The notes beneath the pieces were generated by a model. That model made no database searches. It worked only from the letters and a program-made list of their open reading frames with translations, and was not told where the DNA came from. Below, in pieces: positions 20,432 to 24,150 of a DNA stretch of 24,150 nt (position 1 is its first letter; every line of letters starts with the position of its first letter). The position numbers and the translations under genes were made by a program. Origin of the DNA: Octopus sinensis (lineage: Eukaryota); the NCBI RefSeq assembly GCF_006345805.1, contig NW_021836475.1:1-24150 (forward strand), in the 5' to 3' direction.

Positions 20432-21265
20432 CATTCAATTCAATTCAATTTCAATTTTTATTGGCTCAAAAAGCAAAAGCAAGGCCATGTAGGAGGACAG
20501 GGAGTTATGTACAAGGAGGGTGATCATACAAAGAGTTCAGGCCATTTCTGGTCAAGAGAGACTTTGAACCGAGCGGTCTTCGGCATCTTCATTATGTTGT
20601 CCGGCAGCTTATTCCACGGATCCGCAACCCGGACAGAGAAAGCCGCTCTCCTTCGATTGAGATGAAATCGTCGTAGATAGAGCTTTTCGGAGTGACCCTG
20701 CAGCCCACGCTCTGGAGCAGGAGTGAAGAAAAGCTCTTTCGAGAGGTTACACTTTCCACTTATGATGTTGTGAGCGAGAATGAGATCAGCACGGCAGCGG
20801 CGTTTTTCTGGAGAATAAAGGTCGAGCTTCTTCAGCCTTTCTTCATAAGACAAATGCTTGAGACCAAGAACCATGCAGGTAAACAGCTTCTGGACTCTTT
20901 CGAGATGATGTATGTCTTTGAGGAGATAAGGAGAAGCTTGAATCCCATACTCCAACATGGATCTCACCAGCGTGACATAGAGTGGTAGGAATATGGCTGC
21001 TGTGAGCATTCCGAATGACCATCGAATCAAAAACAGAACTCTGCATGCTTTGTTGACAGCATGGACGCATTGGGCCAAAGGCAAAAAGGAAGAATCCACC
21101 AAGATACCCAGGTCCTTTACTTGGTTGGTCTTCTCCAGCAGCAGACGACCCGGCTCGAAATCAAGTTGAGTTGCAGGAGAGGAGCCATCAGGCAGATGAC
21201 AGCACTTTGACACGTTCAGACACAGGTCCCATTCATTTGACCATCTCCAAACTTGGTGGAGGCCT
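20432..21265 (-). mobile_element. 5'-truncated CR1/L2-type LINE 3' end with (TTGAA)n tail
   Basis: QVWRWSNEWDLCLNVSKC...KDLGILVD...LYVTLVRSMLEY...LERVQ...LSYEERL..LDLYS.E.RR.RADLI...FSVRV...WNKLP (ORF 20524-21213). Short 3'UTR, then AATAAAAATTGAAATTGAATTGAATTGAA. Confidence 0.9.
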
Positions 21266-21787
21266 GGCCGTGTTCTGCCCTTACCTTCGAAACACGCATT
21301 GAGTCGAAACAGAGGCAGCTGATGAAGGGGAATTTTTCCTTGTATTGTTTGTCCTGTACTCTGTTTTTTCGTTGTTAAAAAAAGTCTGTTTCCTTGTTTG
21401 ATTTTATGTTTTCGTTTCTAGTTGTGTTCTACGTTTATTTGTGGTGTCCTGTACTCATATATATATATATGCATGTATATATACATATAGATGTAAGTAT
21501 GTACATATATGTATGTATATATGCATATGTTTTATTTATTATATTGTTATTATATGACTGAACGCACGCGTTGTGTGTGTGTGTGTATGTGGATATGTAT
21601 TTATATTTATATATTTATTGACAGTACACGATGGTTTTCTCATCCACATTTATGTATGTATGCTTGTGTATATGCGAATGGATGCAAACATATATTTATA
21701 TGTATTCCATTAGATGTAAGTTGGCGTTGTTCATCGTATACTTTTCCATTTAAGTATGCATAGCTGTGTATGTATGTATCAATGCAA

Positions 21788-22580
21788 TTCGAAAGTGTAA
21801 AATAAGATAGAAGATATAGTTGTTTCATTTACGTAATGCGTAACTTTATATGTGAGTATAAATCACTTCGTAAGTGTAAAATACGATCGAAGATATAGTT
21901 GTCCGTTTTTTGTAAATACCTATCCAAGTTTTATAAATGAATGGACTTTTATTTAACAATTTATTTAGTTAAGATAAACTATTATGATCTATCTAACTAA
22001 TAATCTGACCCCATATTGTTTTCAAACAGGCCTAACGGATGTGTTTAAACGAATTAGCCAATTAGAAATAGATCATGAATTAAAGTGACCGCTCCCTAAC
22101 CGCAAACATATTTTTAAATATTTAATATGCATAAGTTAAATAGCCAATGATTTAAATGACCGCTCCCTGGCCCCCAATATATTTTTAAATATTTAATATG
22201 CATAAACATAAGCATAAACTTTTGGACTAAATTCAGCTTTGACATGGAGTTTAAAGTTGCTACTTTGGTTTTTAAAATGGAATTTTTAGAATACGTGGAT
22301 GTATTAATTTTAATATGCATATAACGTAAACGTAAACATTGCGAATTAAGCTCAGATTAGACATAAAGTTTAGATTTACTTTCTGGATTCTATAGTTGGA
22401 ATTGTTTGCATAATGTGGATGTATTAAATAATATCTAGATAAATTCAATATGCATATAACAGAGACAAAGACATTGTGGACCTAACCCAGCTTAGGCATT
22501 TAGTTTGGATTTACTATTTTGGATTCTAAAATTGAATTTGTTCGTGTTATGTGGATGCGTTAAGTAATATCTAGATTATG
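21788..22580. repeat. Nested short direct duplications
   Basis: TTCG.AAGTGTAAAATA.GAT.GAAGATATAGTTGT x2 (~21788, ~21867); GACCGCTCCCT...TATTTTTAAATATTTAATATGCATAA x2 (~22087, ~22158); ~115-130-bp unit TACT.T.TGG.TT.TA.A.T.GAATT...GTGGATG..TTAA x3 (~22250-22575). Confidence 0.7.
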
Positions 22581-22999
22581 TTTGTCTGATTAATACACTC
22601 ACCCGCAAATATTTTGTTTGTGCATATATATATATATATATATATGTGTATGTGTGAATATTTATATTTCAAACCTTGTATCGTGAATTTTTGTTATGTT
22701 TGTAAACATGAATATAGTATGTATGATCTGTTGAGGATTATCGTTAAAGCAATAATACTGTTGGTACTGTTAAACGTGGTAGTCTATATACATTAGAATG
22801 TATTTACTTTACTATATGACGCATGATGTACCCAATGTAATGTAATATATTGTTCAATGATGTTCTTTGATGAATTTTGTGCATGTGAATAGTATGTACG
22901 ATTTTCTTATGTATATGTATATATATATATATATATATATAAAATATTATTGGTGAATTGAAGAAATGGAGCTGAACGAAGATTGAACAGAAATCGTTT

Positions 23000-23092
23000 T
23001 ATTTCATTCTACACGTGTTTCGAAAGGCACAATTTTCCAAAATCCGATTGAATAATGAGACCATATTGTGTCTTTCTCTTCAGGAAGAAATA
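23000..23092 (-). ncRNA. Minimal type I hammerhead ribozyme motif with palindromic stem III
   Basis: Minus strand: TATTTCTTC-CTGAAGA-GAAAGACACAAT-(31 nt)-ATTGTGCCTTTC-GAAA-CACGTG-TA-GAATGAAATA. Stem I has 9 bp with one bulge, stem II 11/12 bp, the core is intact and the cleavage triplet is GUA. Confidence 0.85.
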
Positions 23093-23537
23093 GGAAATCC
23101 GTTGGAAAAAACAAAAACAAAAACAGAACAGAGGCGGAGCAAAACAAATCGAACTAGGCTCCTAAGAGCCCATGGCAAAGAGTTTTGCTATGTTGTTGTT
23201 GTTGTTTTTGTCTCATTTGGTCTAAAGTCGTATGACAACCACCATTATATATATTTTGTTTATTCATTACTGTTTTCAATTTCGTTTTCGTCTCTTGTAT
23301 TCACATCCGTCTTGTGCATTCACATTCCTGTCTTCTACCAAGAAATCTAATGCTTACAGCTTAGTTTTTTTTCTTGGGGCTGGCCGAGTTGGAGCAAATA
23401 TCAGATTTGAACAGCCGAAATTTGCTATGATGATTCGGTGTCTGACTGAAGATTGAAGGCTTCGAATGATTTGTCTGTGTTCCGTGTTCGTCCCTTCCTG
23501 TATTTCACGTTCATTATATATAAAAACATTCATTCTT

Positions 23538-23599
23538 ATATATATATATATATAATATATATATGTGTATATATATATATGTATATATATATATAATAT

Positions 23600-23637
<38 letters not shown>

Positions 23638-23820
23638 GTATATATATATATATATGTTATATATATGTTATATATATGTATATGTATATATATTGTAATA
23701 TATATATGTATATATATTATATATAATGTATATATATATGTATATATATATATATGTATATTATATATATTGTATATATATATATATGTATATGTATATA
23801 TATATATGTTATATATATGT
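23538..23820. repeat. (TA)n-type microsatellite
   Basis: Directly visible. Shorter runs also occur at ~21458-21525 and ~22908-22941. Confidence 0.95.
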
Positions 23821-24150
23821 AATAATGAAGGGTGAAATTAATTAATTTGGAATAATTATCAATTACACCAAGTAGTCTTCGGCATGTAAAAGCCTCATTC
23901 GAGGAAAATTTAAGTATACTAAGCAATAAAGGGTTTAGCAACGAATTGCCTTACCTATACCGATTTAGAAATAGCAGTCAAAGAGTTATAGCTATTTCTT
24001 CTACTAAAAAGGGAGATCTCAGTAAAAACAGCAATTGGAAGGCAGACACAAACAGGTAAGAGGGAATGAATTGACGGCAATCTATCATACATTTTTAAGT
24101 TATCTACGGACGTACGTAGATTGAATTCGGTGATACTAGTTGCGGATTCT

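Noticed and set aside
21280-21345. GAAAC...GTC...CTGATGA-AGGGG as a permuted (type II) hammerhead
   Set aside because: No stem I can form between GTC and CTGATGA, and no GAAA follows the downstream hairpin. At most this is a truncated relic next to the LINE 5' end.
23370-23430. GGCTG...CAGCC-GAAA hammerhead-like stem II
   Set aside because: The CUGANGA box is absent (CTTGG) and there is no stem I or III support.
23925-23955. Possible PPIE RRM exon (GCT AAA CCC = AKP, followed by a GTAAG-like context)
   Set aside because: The frame reads QFVAKPFIA*, with no TIRVNLAKP match and an immediate stop.

Overview
Eukaryotic (animal) genomic DNA, AT-rich and dense in microsatellites and transposons. 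The repeat families look like those of Octopus/coleoid cephalopods (my inference, not verified by search). The only host gene is a minus-strand spliceosomal cyclophilin, PPIE/CYP33 (cyclophilin E). Six internal exons can be read and spliced in frame: 19151-19257, 17390-17519, 11214-11293, 10155-10260, 8346-8421 and 4804-4870. I did not find the RRM exons or the last exon, so they probably lie outside the window. The intron at 10261-11213 is a minor-spliceosome U12-type AT-AC intron that splits the active-site F|M codons. The introns hold CR1/L2-type and RTE-type LINE fragments, a full-length decayed mariner, other Tc1/mariner relics, Helitron-like elements (one with a Pif1 helicase fragment), SINEs and TTAA-flanked MITEs. 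Two well-formed minimal type I hammerhead ribozyme motifs are present: 23000-23092 (minus, sense to PPIE) and 15598-15672 (plus). Further degenerate copies exist, all of the short-stem-III kind associated with Penelope-like retroelements.
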